In this document: positions 39,513 to 53,978 of the stretch, piece by piece
How positions within the stretch are numbered: position 1 is the stretch's first letter
Layout: each line of letters begins with the position of its first letter
NCBI GenBank assembly: GCA_029717555.1
Contig: JAMDHS010000010.1
Span: 248,001-312,000, forward strand
Direction of reading: 5' to 3'
DNA length: 64,000 nt
From: Peribolospora baueri
Lineage: Eukaryota
Notes under the pieces: generated by a model
Database searches by the model: none
Told to the model about the DNA's origin: nothing
Seen by the model: the letters and a program-made list of their open reading frames with translations, nothing else
Position numbers and translations under genes: made by a program

Positions 39513-40196
39513 CTAACCCCGAAGCACGCCGAGGCTGTTGCCATTGGAGTACCTCGTAATAATCAAAGGCTTGACAACTCTAGCCGGTGCCGAACGGTCT
39601 TCGCGGTCTTCGCCGAGCTTGCCAAGGAAGGTGCTTTGCAGCGCCGCATCCATGCCTTCCTTCGCTCCATCCAGGCCGCCTTCCGAGCTGCGGAGGCCCT
39701 CGGCGGTGTGCTTCTTGAACGATGCCAGGTCTTTGTGGAGGTCTTTCTGGTCCTTTGCGAGGTTGGTGGGCCCGTTGGGGGAGGTGATCTTGTGAGCCAG
39801 GGAAATAGCGCCTTGCTCTTTCCGAGGGGGAGGAGAAGGGGTCGACAACGCCGCGGGCGAAGTGGGCATGGGATGCTCGCTGGCAAGACTGGAGACGACT
39901 GCGTGAGATGGGCTCTTGGCGGCCAGCAATGGAGCTGCCAAGCCTTTGATCCCAACGGGAGGAAGCACGCCGCGAGACCGGACCTCTTAAAAGGTCATAT
40001 ACCCAAAGAAGAGGGCAACACGGTAAGTGGGCGCTTGCCCGCGATCGAACAGCCAGCCATGGCACTTACGCTCGCTTCCAGAAGGTGTGCCATTGAGATA
40101 ACGATCGGACGAGGAGCCGGTCGTGGAGAGACTGTGGACGCTCATGAAGGCGCAGGTGAAGAGAATGAAGAGAGGGAAGTGGCCGAAGAGATGCAT
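39513..40196 (-). CDS. Small secreted orphan protein (~200 aa, 2 exons)
   Basis: MHLFGHFPLFILFTCAFMSVHS signal-like start; a GTAAGT…TAAG intron joins it in frame to ORF 39513-39968. Confidence 0.65.
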
Positions 40197-40853
40197 GGTG
40201 GTAGAGGAGTCCTGTTGAGAAATACAAGAAGCCGAAGGAGTGTGAGTGCCAAAAGAAGGTGGTGAGCGGACAAAGGGGCGAGCGTGGAAGGGAAATGGTG
40301 GAAAAGAAGAAGAGGGGTGCCGGAAAACGGCGAAACGGGGCTTATAACGCTCTATCAGGACGTCAGTCGACCACAACAGTCGTACCCCGGCCGGCCTCGC
40401 GGACGCACTAGAGTTGATGGAAGCGCGTAGGCACGCGAAGGTCGGCCATCTCGTCCGGAACACGTGGGGAAGAGTCTCACAACATGTTCAGTGACGGTTG
40501 AGCAGCATAGCACAAGTTGCCCAGCTGATTCGCTACGCGTGCACAGAGCACCGTATCCTTGTCATCGGATCATCCTTCAAACGGCGGAACGACATTTGCT
40601 GCTGATGGCGGCAAAAGAGACCGTGTGACAATCTCGACAAAAAGTGACTCCACCCAATAACGCCCTTCGCGATCACACTTGCGTCTTTGTTTACCTGACA
40701 GGCCATGTCTATAGAAGGTGCGGCCTATGTCGTAGAGTAATACAGAACGTGATGATGAACGAAGGCAATGTCCCACCGAACAGCGACGGATGTTGCGAGG
40801 AGCGTCTGCGTCCCGATCAGGAAGAACTGTGCAACGCCCTCGCGGTCAGATCA

Positions 40854-41202
40854 CTATGACGGCGAGCGGTCCTGTTCCGAGCTCGCGCGTAAGGTGTCCC
40901 TGGTTGGCTGCATTAGCTTGAACATCCTCTCCCTCTCCTGATTTCGCTCTAGATCTTGCTGTCGTTCAAGGGCAATGCGCTTCTTCTCCGCTACTCGAGC
41001 TTCGTCGCGAATCACGCCGGCGTACATGACCTGCGAGGACCAAGTTCCACAACGGCTCAGCCAAGCTCCCAGTCTGGTCCAGGTCTCGAGCGCTCGCTCC
41101 GCTCACCTCCCTCTCCTTGGTCTGAATGTAGTGCACGCCCCAAACGGTGACCCCGGCGAAGAGGACCGAGGCGGCAAGCGTCGCCTTAGCTGCTCTTGAC
41201 AT
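40854..41202 (-). CDS. PET117: Cytochrome c oxidase assembly factor Pet117, 2 exons
   Basis: MSRAAKATLAASVLFAGVTVWGVHYIQTKERE / VMYAGVIRDEAR. Confidence 0.9.
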
Positions 41203-41551
41203 GCCTACCTGCCTCCAACACCTCGTGTCGTGAGGTGTGATTTGAGATTCCGAGGAAGTGGTGAGTGGAGGAGGGACGTGCACTGCCGTCTTCGCGGTTC
41301 GCTTCGGTTCGCTTCTTCAGATCTAATCTCGAGATCCCGGCGGAATAACAGTTTCGTAACCAAACAGTAATAAGGCCGTCGAATTGAAATATGAAAGTAG
41401 CTCTCGGTTGCCGGTGGCTACTGCTGCGGATTTCCCACGCTTGAGGACTTTCGCCATCGCCCCGTCGCTCGCCGAGGTCGACGGACCGGCCGCTTCGATC
41501 TTCCGTCTCCCACCTTTACTTCATCTTCGCATCCTCCCTCGTTCCTTCGTC

Positions 41552-42868
41552 ATGGCTTTTCGTCTCGCCGCCAAGCGGGTGCCAGGTGAGTTTGTGCGCC
41601 TGGCTCTTCGGTGTGGCCCATGATGCGCTTACTCATTTTCCGGCTTTCCTCTTCGACTTTGCAGGCGCGCTCGTCAAGCCGAGCGTCGCTGCCATTGCGC
41701 CTCGCGTTGCGCCTGCGTGAGTTTACGCTCAGCTTGGCTCTGCCGGCCGGTTGCAGGCGTCTCCTTTTCTTGAACGACGCGATCTTTTTGAGGCTCACAT
41801 GTCTCTACCGCTTCCGTCTTGCATTTGCGTCCCTCCAGTGCTTTGCGCCAATACTCGGACAGTGAGTTTTACGGGCGCTTTTCTCGATCGCCGTGACTAC
41901 CGGTGTTGAATGCAGAAGCTCATCTATGTTCTTCTTGCCTCACATCTATTCACTACCATACAGAGCCCACCCCCGAGGCCAAGGCTTCCTCCCTTCTCGA
42001 TGCTCTCCCCGGCAACTCCGTCGTCTCCAAGACCGGCTGGGTCACTCTTGGTGGTGGTCTCACCGCGGCGGCCATCTCCAACGAGCTCTATGTCGCCAAC
42101 GAGGAGACCGCCATTCTCATCGGATTCCTTGTCTTCGCCGGTCTCGTCGGCCGTGCTATCAAGCAGCCGTACGTCGAGTGGGCTGAGGGTCACATCAGCG
42201 TGAGTTACGACGCCCGACTCGGGGAGCGTGAGGAGGAGGGGGAAACTCATATCAGTTTATCATCTTCTCTTTCCTCTAGCGCATTGCCGACATCCTCAAC
42301 AAGGCTCGCGCCGAGCACACTTCCGCCGTCCAGAAGCGTATTGACTCTGTCGGCGAGATGAAGGACGTCGTCGATGTCACCAAGGGTCTCTTCGCTGTCG
42401 CCAAGGTAAGGAGTCCCGCAAACCTGTGGAAGTTTTTCTTCATGAATAAAAACTCATTCCAGGGGGTGTTGACCCATCTATTTTCCTCCGCCCCTTCCTC
42501 CGTGATACGCAGGAGACCGCCCAGCTCGAGCACGAGGCTTTCGAGCTCCGCCAGCGCACGCAGCTTGCCGCCGAGGTCAAGTCCGTCCTCGACTCTTGGG
42601 TCCGCTTCGAGGCGCAGGAGCGCGAGCAGGAGCAGCGCCGTCTTGCCCAGACTGTCATCTCCAAGGTGCTTGAGGACCTCAAGGACGACAAGCTTCAGAA
42701 AGAGATCCTTCAGAACGCTGTCGCTGAGGTTGAGCGTAAGTGACTGTCTCCATAGCTTGACCCTTCTCCTTGCTTCATTTCTTCTGCTCTGGACGTCTCG
42801 TTGACGCGCTTATCGCAATACGACACCACTTGGGGATTGCAGAGCTCATCAAGGACAAGAAGATCTAA
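41552..42868 (+). CDS. ATP4: Mitochondrial ATP synthase subunit 4 (b), multi-exon
   Basis: KASSLLDALPGNSVVSKTG, ISNELYVANEET, MKDVVDVTKGLFAVAKE, EVKSVLDSWVRFEAQ. Confidence 0.95.
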
Positions 42869-43345
42869 ACCGGTAGATTATCCTTAACACGGCTGCTCGT
42901 CAGTCGCCATTCGTGCTCCCACCCAGACCATCGAGCCCTCATCCTTTCGTGCATCTATTGTATGCTCGTAAACACCGGACTGAACTGAATGGAAACCGTC
43001 TTCTCGACCTGATTCGACGCGCATAGGAGTGTCGTGTTCGACCCCGCAGATAGAGTCGATGCGGCCTGTTATCCTGTCGTTACGGGCCGTTCTATGATTG
43101 TTACCTTTCCTCTGGCTCTTATTGTATTTCCGCTGGTGCGCACCTGAGTCTCATTGAGAGTGGACTGCACATGACCTGCCAGCCAGGCTATACCTGATCC
43201 TGTCCGATGCTATCTCCCGCCGCAGTACTGTCGAGCGGGAGCACTCGTGTGCCTTAAGCACCTGCACCTCCATATCCCTTCTCTCGAACGCCAAAGAACT
43301 CGACAAGCCGTCAGGACGATCCGTCGCCCAATCGCTCCGAGAGAG

Positions 43346-46300
43346 ATGCTCGGAGCATCTTACGCACCTGTAGCTCAGGAGGAGGACGAGGCGTCCTACC
43401 CGCTAACCTCGGTCGAGAGGGTTCCTTCCAGGGGACATCAATCATCGGCACCAGCACCGGGGCGAATTGGAACCCCGGACTTGCCGCCCCTTCCGCCCAT
43501 CCTCTACCCCGGGGTGAGCTTGTCCAAGGAATCACTGGTGTCCAGTCAGGAGTCCGATGGGACGCTTGCGGACGAGGGTGTGGTTCGGTACAAGGATGGA
43601 GATACCGCGGAGGGTGAGGGGGACGAGGAAGCCGGTCTGGATGGAGTCCGAAACTCGGGAAGCGGAGTGAGTCGCTTCAGTCACATTTCGAACGAAGAGT
43701 AGAGCATCACACCTGATACCATGTCATCCTACGCCTTCCTTTAGCCAAACGCACCCTCTCGCGTGCGAAGGCTAGCGATCATCCTCTTCTGCATCCTCTT
43801 AGCATCGGTAGTCATAGGCTTCCTGACGGCATCGTCATATCATCCCTCTGAGATTTTGACGTCGGGTCCGAAGAAGCTGGGCATGGACCTCATCTTCAAT
43901 GACACGTTCCAGCCGAAAAGGAAGAGCTTGAGCTGGCTCAAAGAAGGTGAGCCGCGAACCTCGTCTCATGTCCCTGGAGCAGATGCTCCACTAGATGTAG
44001 CCAATCGGTCAATTTTGACTGTAGACAGTACTGAGCGCATCTCTGCCTGCCAGCCAACGACGGCGTCTTCTCGTATCGGAACGATGACGACGACATCATA
44101 CTGGAGGACGTCTTGTACAGGGCGCATTCCCTCGACAGAAAGCCTGGTAGGGTTCGAGCCAACTCCTCGGCGGAGAAAGGAAAGATACGAACGCTGGTCA
44201 AAGGCGCGGATTTGAAAGACGTGAGCTCGTGTTTTGAACTGGTTCTGTGCTTGCTTGTCGGTCGTTGAGCCAATTTGTTCTGTTTTCAGACTCAAGGCCA
44301 CCGTCTCCAATGGACTGACTTCTCTGTGTCAGCCGATGAGCGATACATCCTCTTGGCTGCTGATACGCAGAGGGTAAGATATTCATTTGTTCAGCTAGCT
44401 CAAGGCTTATCAACCGCTTTTCCGGGCTCACATTTGACTGTATGTCCATTCAGCAATGGCGCTGGTCAACAGTGTCCAATTATTACATCCACGATCTAAC
44501 CACAAAGACCACGACGCCAGTCCAGTCGCCCTCGGATCCACCCACTATCTCTTACGCCGTGTGGTCACCAAGGGGTGCATCGCTCGCCTACGTGTCCTCG
44601 AACGATCTTTATGTCAAGTCCTCGCCGTCGTCCGCGCCTGTCCGCGTCACCACGGACGGCACGGCTAACGTCTTTAACGGCGTTCCGGATTGGGTGTATG
44701 AGGAGGAGGTCTTCGGACGGCCTTACGCGCTCTGGTGGTCACCCGACTCCTCTCGCATCGCTTACTTACGCTTCGACGAATCAAAGGTGCCGATCTTCGA
44801 ATTCCCCATATACAACCCTTCCACCGAAGCCGGCCACACGACCCCCTACCTGGCCCAGAGCCCGCTCAAGTACCCCAAGCCTGGCTATCCGAATCCCGTT
44901 GTCAGTGTGCATCTCTTCGACCTCGCTGCAGTGCAAACTGGTGCGAGTGTCCGCTCAGCAACACAAGAACTCGTGTCTCCGTCCAAGGACATTACCAAGT
45001 CCGGCCACGGTCTCTCTGAGGCCGACCTGGCCGTCGACGAAGCGCTGAGCAACATCCAAGAGCGATTAGTGACAGAGGTGGTATGGGTCGGAGTGAAGGA
45101 TTTACTCGTCCGCGAGACGAATAGAGTCAGCGATGTCATGCGTATCGTAAATTTCCCGGTCGGACTCAAGAACGTAGGCAAGGGCGAAAGCGGGAACTTC
45201 GTTGGTGACGTTGTGCGAAGATGGGATGTTCGCAAGGAGGGAGGGTGGATAGAAGCTGTAAGTGTGCTGAACTTGCGTCTCTGCCGAAGTCTGCATTCTT
45301 GCAGGTCCTCACACCCAGCTTGAACCCGATTCGCCAGGCACAAACGATCGAACCCCTTTTCGATCCTTATGATCTGGAAAAGGAAGCAAATCTGACCGCC
45401 TACCTTGACGTCTTTCCTTCCAAAGAAGGCTTCAATCATGTCGCGTATTTCGCCAACGTCTCTCAGTCCGAGCCTTCGTGGCTTACCAAAGGGGAATGGG
45501 AGGTTGACGGTTCGCTGAGTTACGTGGACATCAAACGAAAGAAAGCGTAAGCATTTGACGTTACAGCTCTGCAAGGATGAGAAGTCTTTTCATGGTCCTG
45601 ACCCGTCTCGTGTCCACTCGAATGGACGGATGAGCAGTTACTTTGTGGCTGCTATGCCGTCTTCGATCCAGCGACACTTGTTCTCCGTCGAACTGCCGAA
45701 TGACAGCACCGTCGTACCTAGTGCGACCTCGAATCCGACAGCGTTGACGGACACTTCTAAACAGGGCTCGCATAGCGTCTCCTTTTCATCGCACGGAGGT
45801 TATTACTTGCTCGACCACCACGGACCAGATGTTCCCTGGCAGAAGGTCGTTTCTTTAGATGACGAGGGTGAGCGCGATTATCCATATTTCCTTTGCCTTA
45901 AGTGGTCGCAGGACGCTAACATCGTGTCATTACAATTGCAGACGTGACATTCGTCTACGAGGACAATGGCGACCTGAATAAAACCTCAGCACAATACGAA
46001 ATGCCGATCATTACCTGGCAGACTGTCCAGAATGACGAAGGGCAAGGTGAGCGAGATCTACTTTTCGATTGTTTACAGTGGCCGAGGACGCTCAGATCTA
46101 CTCTCATCGATCAGACATGAATGTCAAGGAGATACTCCCCGCGCGTATGGATGCTTCGGGTCGCATCAAGTACCCGGTTCTGTTCCGAGTGTACGGGGGG
46201 CCGAATTCACAGATGGTCAATTCTCAGTGGGAGAGAGATTGGCACCACTACTTGGCAACCGTCCTAAACGTTATCGTCGTCGTCGTGGACGGCCGAGGTA

Positions 46301-47214
46301 CAGGCTTTCGGGGCCGCAAGTTCCGCAACCCCGTCACGAGCAATCTCGGTCATTACGAGGCCTTGGACGTCATTGCGGCCGCCAGACAGTGGGCACAGAA
46401 GAAATATTGCGATCGCAAGAGGATCGGCGTGTGGGGATGGGTGAGTGCGATCCGTCTCCGGGTTCCAATAGACGAATAGACCTTAACTCGTGTGCTGACG
46501 AAATATCCTAAACCTGTCCAGTCCTATGGGGGCTATCTCACGGCAAAGGTCGTGGAGGCAAATTCGGGTGTCGTCACGCTCGGAATGTCTGTTGCCGTGA
46601 GTCTCTAATCACACGGGATATAAGAAATTTTGTTGAATATCTGCACGTGTTGACGCCCTCCGATCTTCTGCATTCATTGAGCAAGCCTGTCACGGACTGG
46701 CGCTTCTATGGTGGGCTTCCTCCGATTATGTTTCTCCTTCGAGACGGGAATTCACCTCGATTTCCGCCTTTCCCGCCAAACAGACACCATTTACACTGAG
46801 CGCTACATGAAGACTCCAGATATGAACTCGATCGGGTATCAAAATTCTTCAGTACACAACATGACCGGCTTTGCAAACGCCAACTTCTTGCTCGCTCACG
46901 GAAGTGGCGACGACAATGGTACGTCCAATACCTCTCAGGAGAAAGATGATTAATTCAATTGGTAGCGGTCGTTCACTTCATCTTCTGCCATCCCATTCCC
47001 TTGCGTATATTCAGTCCATTTCGAGAACTCGGCGAATTTACTCGATCTACTCACGGCTGCTGCCGTCAGAACGTTCCGCTTCCGAATGTTCACGGATTCG
47101 CAGCACGCCATTCAAACAAGAGGCGCCTATCGTGAACTGCACGAGTTTATGACCTCCTTCCTCGTGGAGAGGTGGAAGCTCGGCAAGCGAAAGCCGGTTC
47201 ACGACGTGTCATAG
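43346..47214 (+). CDS. Type II membrane dipeptidyl aminopeptidase (S9B, Dap2/Ste13-like), multi-exon
   Basis: N-terminal TM segment, [47 protein letters not shown] (split by an intron), HGSGDDNVH, FTDSQH. Confidence 0.95.
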
Positions 47215-47401
47215 TACGCTTTCGGTTGCCTGATGATTCTTCCTATACCTTACTGAGCGTTTGATGGATAGAGATCTTCCCGATACTGTAGTTTGTGTTG
47301 AAGCTGTCTGAAAACACTCGCGAGATTGTCATGGCTGATCCCAACTAAAATTATATGGTACATGAGGGTCCGGAAGCGGGTTACGAGCGGGAGGCAGCCG
47401 C

Positions 47402-50231
47402 TCATCTCTTTACGGTACGGCGTCCACCGATGAGCGACCGTGTGGGGTGACTCGAGGACGAAGGAGGCTGCCGGGACACTTTCCTCGATGGTTCACCTAA
47501 TGCCCGGGCCTCCAACTTGACCCTCTTGGGAGATCCTGCCTCCAGCGGAGGCGCGGAGTGAGCGTTTTCCTTGCCCGTACCCGCTGTGGCCCTGTCGTTC
47601 TCCGACCTTCCTCGAGCTTTTGTGGATGGTATCTTGGAAGGCCGGGAAAGCGCCTGTTTAGGTTGCGGCTGGGATAGCGCGTCGTCGAGCTCTGCAGCCA
47701 AAGACCTCGGTCCGGCAGCTTGCGAGCGCCGACTCACTCGGGGAGGGGAAATGACGCCATTTTCCTCTGGCTCGAGGGGGGCAAGGATCCGAGAGAGAGG
47801 ACTCGGCTGCGCGGGCTCGGCGCCCCAAGCTGCGGTTCTCCTCTTCTGCCTCGGCGCCGGTGAAACAGCTGAAAACTGCGCCGGCTGGTCAGAGAGCGGC
47901 GCGGAGGAAGAAGAGCCTTGAGACCTGCTGCTTCTTCGGATAGGCCCAGGCGCCATATCGTTCTTCGATGATTGTCGATCCGAAGGACCGGCGGAAAATT
48001 GAACCTTGGAAGAGCTGGACTTCTCAGGCCCGCGTGAATGCGAAGACTCATCTAGAAGCGCCCCAATGCCTTTCGCTCGCTTTTCCTCCAAAAGAGCCGC
48101 GCGCTGTGCCTGTCCATATAAGAAAGGGCGGCCCATAGCCAGACGTGTCAGCACAGTAGTATCGATCGACGCTTCTTTGGACGGAGCTCTCCGCACCTCG
48201 ACCTCGGCCCGCTCTTTGCCGAGTTTAATGGCGGCTTCCGTGAACTGGCGCCGTTCCTCTTCAAGCTGCTGGCGCTGCTTTGCGAGCTCTTCAACTTCTT
48301 CGGCATGCCATGCTCTGGTAAAGACATCGACGACGAGCGTTGCGGTCAGTGACTCTTCCGGGATCTTGAGATCCTGACCCGAGCGACTCACCCTGCTCCA
48401 TCCAAGCTGTCCCGAGGAATTAACGACTTCCGGCTCGAAGGCAGACCCGATGTGGACGCCATGTCGATCATGAGTTTTCGGGTCTCCTCTTCCAGAGCCT
48501 TGCGCGACTCTGAGGTGGCGAGAAGCACATGTCAGACGCCGGAGTCCGGCAAAGGGAGAGGATGCAGTACGGGAATGGACTGACCAAGTTCTTCCTTCAA
48601 AGTTTCGATCTCTCTCTTCAGCTGCTCCATCTGCTGAAGCGCCTCTTCCTCCCTCTGTGCCTGATTCTCAACAGGTTCGTCCTTCGAGATGAGTGACTCG
48701 ACGCGCGCGTAAAGAACGTTCAACGTCTCGTGTATGCGTCTTGGAGCCGGATGGTCGAGTGAAGGCGAACCGCGCGGCGATGAGGAGAAGGACGCAGATA
48801 GGCGCTTGAGCGGGGGGAAGAGAGACTGCGGATGCGACGCCGTTCGAGCTTTTAGCTTAAACGACAACAGGGTGAAGCCTTGCAGTGCTACGGGAAAGTT
48901 CCTCACCATCATCATCTCTTCCCGCCCGCCGTTGTCTTCTCCATTGGCATCCTCCTCTGACGTCCTCTTGATGACTTCATCGATTCGTTCCAATGCGTCG
49001 CACATAAGGTTCCTGAGAGCTTCATTCTCGTGCGCGAGGCGCAGCCGCTCGACCGAGAGATCGTTCAGGCTCTGCTCTAGCAACGAGGCGGCCTTCGGGT
49101 AGGAATGGAGGCAGCGAGTAGTAGAAAACAAAGACACTCAGCCTTAGCTTATCGAATAATTTGCGAGGAGAAGGAAGGACTTGACATGATCGAGTTCAGC
49201 TCACCTGGCGGGGTCCCGTCCTTTCGCTCAGGTTGACAGGCGTAGCTAGTGTCAAGCCAATCCGACCAGCCTGGGCGGAGGTCTTGTGGTGCTCGTCCGA
49301 CATCTGCTGCCACCGCGACATCACCTTCTCCATATCTTTCTCCCTTCTGCGCTGGTCGCTCTGCATTTCAGGAAATTGAATCGATCAGGGCATGTCAGAG
49401 AGAGAAGTCCCGTGCCCGGACCCAATCGAAGAAGTGGAATGCCCACCTGGGCCTGGACTTTGACGAACTGCAAGGCAGATTTACTCTTTTGCAGTTCGTC
49501 TCTGGTGACTCTATGAGCGTCTGACTCGTTTTTGAGATCTTTGAGCGCCGACCTGAGGTTGAAACGTCGTCGTAGTTGAGATGGGGGGATGCGTGAGACG
49601 TGGGCATGTAGAAAGAGGCGGAAGGAAGGCGAGCGAAGGGAGAGCAAACGGGCAATACGAGAACTTTCACAAACAAACTTACCCATGCTTTGCCTTCCAA
49701 GCCTCAACGTCCCTCTCCGCTTCTGCCACCTTTTCCTGCTCTCGTTTATACAGTCCGCACATTCTCTCATGATCGTGCAGGAGCGTGCGATGCCGAGATG
49801 CGAGGCTTTCCCGGGCGTCCAGGTCGTCCTGCGGGTGTGTTTAGGTAGTGGTCAAGGGACGCACACATAGCCCAAAGAAGACGTGGAAACATGGCCACTC
49901 ACCATCCGCTGTTGAAGCATCGAAAACATGCATTCTGCCAGCTTCTCCTTCGACTGGTCGGATAATCCGTCGAGTTCGAGGCAGTCTCGAATGAAACCAT
50001 GGGCGAGCAGCTGAGAGTTAATATACGCGAAAGATGTCGCCTGCTCGCTTGAAAAGCAAAAAGACAGTTCCGGCGATGATGGAACAGAAGATAACAGCTG
50101 GTCAGCACAGAGCACGGGCAATCGGTAAGATGGGAAGGAGAGGCAGCCCACCTGCCGAACGGACTGTTCATGACGTCGAACGACCGCTTTCCGTTCGGTG
50201 TTGTCGAACCCGACGTGTCTACGGTGGCCAT
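47402..50231 (-). CDS. Afadin/alpha-actinin-binding (ADIP/Msd1-like) coiled-coil protein, multi-exon
   Basis: SFAYINSQLLAHGF…LAECMFSMLQQRM|DDLDARESLASRHRTLLHDHER and RRQFTEAAIKLGKER. Confidence 0.8.
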
Positions 50232-50494
50232 CCTGACACCTTCTCGGATGAGTGAGTACAGGTGAGTGAACGTCAAAAGGTGAGGCGGCACGAGGGCGAC
50301 CCTGAAAAAATGTCGGCTTCGAACGTCGGCCAGGTTGGCGTCGATCACAATCTGCAGGCGATCTTTCTCTGGTCTTTCCAGACGCGTCAACGCGCCTGAT
50401 CACGTGCCATCAAATGAATTCGAACACAACACTACTCTTATCTGCTAACCTATACATGCACTTCGCGGACAAGATCTGGCCGTGAGGCCGTCTT

Positions 50495-53400
50495 TCACTT
50501 GAGAAAGTTTTTACTTTTCCAGTAGTCGAGCCACTTCTTCACCTCCTCTCGGTCGATGGGCCGTGCGTTGCGGAGGCTCTCGCTTTCTGAAGTCGCCTTT
50601 TTCGTGCTCAGCTCGTTCATACCCATCGCCTCTCGACCGGGCGCACCCGTGTCGGGCCTGCCGTGCCTGAAGAAGTCGAGCAAGTTCACGGCCGGGTTCG
50701 TCTTGCCGGCGTTTGGGTCCGCCGCGGATTGCTCGAGCCGGTCGAGCCACTGCTGGTAGGGCACGAGGGGGATGTTGAGGAAGTCGGAGACTGCCTGGAG
50801 GACGTCGTGCCAGCTGACCCTTCTCGGGTTGACGATATGCAGAGTCTGGAATGACGAGCGGCGGAATTCGATGAGAGCTGATGCAGCGATGTCCACAGGC
50901 AACCAGCTGACGGGCTGTAGGACAGTAGAGCCGTGACATGACGCGCGACGCGGTTAACATGCATTACGCAAAGTGGCAGATATACTAGGCGAACTCACAT
51001 CGCCCCCGTCGGGGAGGATGCCCATCTCTTGACCGGAACGAACGAGCAAGGGCACCCAGTCGGTAGTGGCCCACGCGCCGCTTGGGGTGCTTCCCGAAAG
51101 CTGTCCGATCCTGACATTGGTCGTCTTGACGGGTGTGCGCTGTGCGACTATTTCGAGGATCTTCTCACCGACAGCCTTGCCTTCACCGTAGCCGTTGCCA
51201 ACAGCGACGCGAAGGTCCTCTAGCGGTTCTTCGGGAACTGGATCCGGTGAGGTCCAGGACGAAACCGTCGCGATGGAAGACGTGAACAGGATCCGAGGCG
51301 GAATCGGCAATGGGGAGCGAATGGCCAGGCGCGCGAGGTTGGAGACAGACTCGAGCTGCGGAGTGAAAGAGCTCAGGGCAATGTTGAAGTCGAGTCGCCA
51401 GGCGTTGTGAATTATCAATGTCGTGCTGGTGCGAATCTGTCAAGGAAAATGTTGCGACGTTGAGTCCAAACCCGGAGAGATCGCTCGTCCCGCAACGACT
51501 CGTCTCGGACTCACCTCGTTGAAGAGGTTTGGTGAAATGCCCAGATCCTCTCTTTCTATATCGCCCTCGATCAGGTGGACCTTCTCGCTCGAGAGCACTT
51601 CGTCACCCGCGCCTTTCCTTCCAAGCCTATCATCGAGCGTCTGCACCTGTCTCTCTCTGAGGGACCTTCCAGAAGGAGACCGGCGGTTGAGGGCGTAAAT
51701 CCGTTTGACGCTCGCTGTCTCCACCAACTGAGCCAAAAGATGGCTTCCGAGACCGCCGGTAGAACCCGTCAAGATAACCACTTCCTCGTCTTCGGGAGGC
51801 TGCTTGAGAGCGGGATCGGGAGTATGAGCCGGCAAGTCGGCCGTGTACTTCTCTATGGCTTCCTTCATGAGCTGGACCTTGTCGCCCGCTGTCACGGATC
51901 CCACAACGTCCTCGTTGTCGGGCGACTGCGCGATGGCAGAGATGAAAGACGCCAGCGAGGCGATGGTCGGGTTCTGGAAAACCACATTGGGGGGAATCGA
52001 TGCAGTTGGGACGTCCGCTTTGCGCAGGGCGGACAAGATGGAGTTGCGGATGTAGGTGGCTTGAAGGCTACACACGCAGGGACCATCTCTCTCTAAGCCG
52101 TCTCGCTCGTCACGTTGAAAATATAAGCCAAAGGAGACTTACCTGTCGACACCGTTCAAGAATAAATCAGCCTCCTCGTCCAGGACGCCCCTCCTCTCCT
52201 TCTTTCCGCCTTCCATCACCCTGGCCACGACCCGTGCGACAAAGTTCTTCGTCTCCTCCTTATTCCATTCTTTCGGGGGCTCCACGTCTGCAGCTACCTC
52301 AGCTGAGGTCTCCGCAGCGGAGTAGATGCGCTCGATCTCGTCTTCGTACGCTGCCAGCGTCCTCTTCCTGATGACGGTGCGCTTCGGGGTCATGACGAAA
52401 GGCTTGTCGGGATGAGCGACGGCGATCATCTTTACGGAATGTCCATAGCGAGCATCAGTCAGCCAGGTCGCTCTTCCACTTTCCTGCCTCCCTGCACGCC
52501 CGCTTCGGATCGACGACCCTCTCTACTCACCTCCTTGAACAGGCGGCTATGCTGAGGGCTGAACTCGTTCGCCCTTTCGACCATCGGCCATATTGCGTTC
52601 CTGAACTCGGCCAGCTTTTTCTCGTCCCTGGGGTCGAACTCGTGTCCGGGAGAGGGCTCAATCAAGATGCCGTTCTGGGCCCTAGCTCGACCGAACATGA
52701 CCGCATGCGAGACGAGGGGCGACTCGGTGATGATGCCTTCGATGGGGCCGGGGTTCGTCTGGACGCCGAAGCGACACGCGATGTCATGCGCGTAAGCATG
52801 GGGCAACCCGAGGGTCCATGATCATGAAGAAACGCACCTTCTCTCCGGTGGACAGCATGATCTGGTCATCCAGACGTCCGACAACCTTCCAGAGCTCAGG
52901 ATTCGTCGGATCTGAATAGTAGAGCGCGCGAGATCAATAAGCGTGAATAAGCGCGCACCCTTGGCCCATGGTGGCTTCCCATTGGCGACGCTTGCGGCGG
53001 AGTTGCACTCACGGCGAGCAATGAGATCGCTGGACGCGTATGCTCGTTCTCCTTCAATGTTGTACACGGCGGGAGAATAGACGTCGTTCGCCTGTGCGCG
53101 ACCCACACGGACCGATAATCTGAGTGCCTGGTGCGGACTGTCCCAAAGCCTGGTCATTCAATCCGCTACATACCACAAGAATGAGCTCATAATTGCCGCT
53201 GCCGTCATCTTGAGGACGGAGCCTCATATCCTGCTGAGGATTGAAGGAGAAGTACTCCCAGTCCTTCGACGGCGGGCTGCCACGCGGAGGAAGTTCCCAT
53301 TTAGCGGGGCTGCTGAATTCGGTGGCACCATATACGGTGTGGAGCTGGACGTTCCTAGAAACCAGCCTCTCGCCGACGGGGTAAGGGAGCGGGCCGCCGC

Positions 53401-53978
53401 CAAACATCTAAGCGCAGAGAAAAGAGAGACAGAGGACGGATGACGGTGTCAGGCTCCCGGATCCTGGATCAAACAGATCGACCGTAGAATAGCACGCATG
53501 TGCGATATTTACCACGAGCTGGAGGGTCGAAAGATACTTCATCGCTTCCTCGTCCTTCGACCACTCCTGTCAGATGAAGACGTATACGTGCATGCCGCCA
53601 TTAGACCTTGGCGTAAAGCTTTCCCACTCTCTCTCTCCCCCCCCCTCTTTCAACGGGCACGTGCCGAAGCGCACCTCCAAAAACGAAGGAACCATGATGG
53701 TCATGGTGCTTCTAGTCCTCTTGACCGCGCGCAAGGTCACTTCATGCGTCGGGACGGTGGCGGGACCTCCGGGACGGAAGAGGCCGGGAATAGAGCCCGT
53801 GGTGAGAGGGGCCATGATGTGGAACCAGATGCCGAGGGCGTGAAAGCCAGGAAGAGAGGGAGCGCCGACGAGCTGTCCGCACATGTCGCCGTTTCCGTAC
53901 CAAAAGAATCGGGAAAAGCAGACGAAAATGCCGTGCGTGTACGGTATCGGCTTAGGGAAAGCGGTCGAGCCTGAGTGT

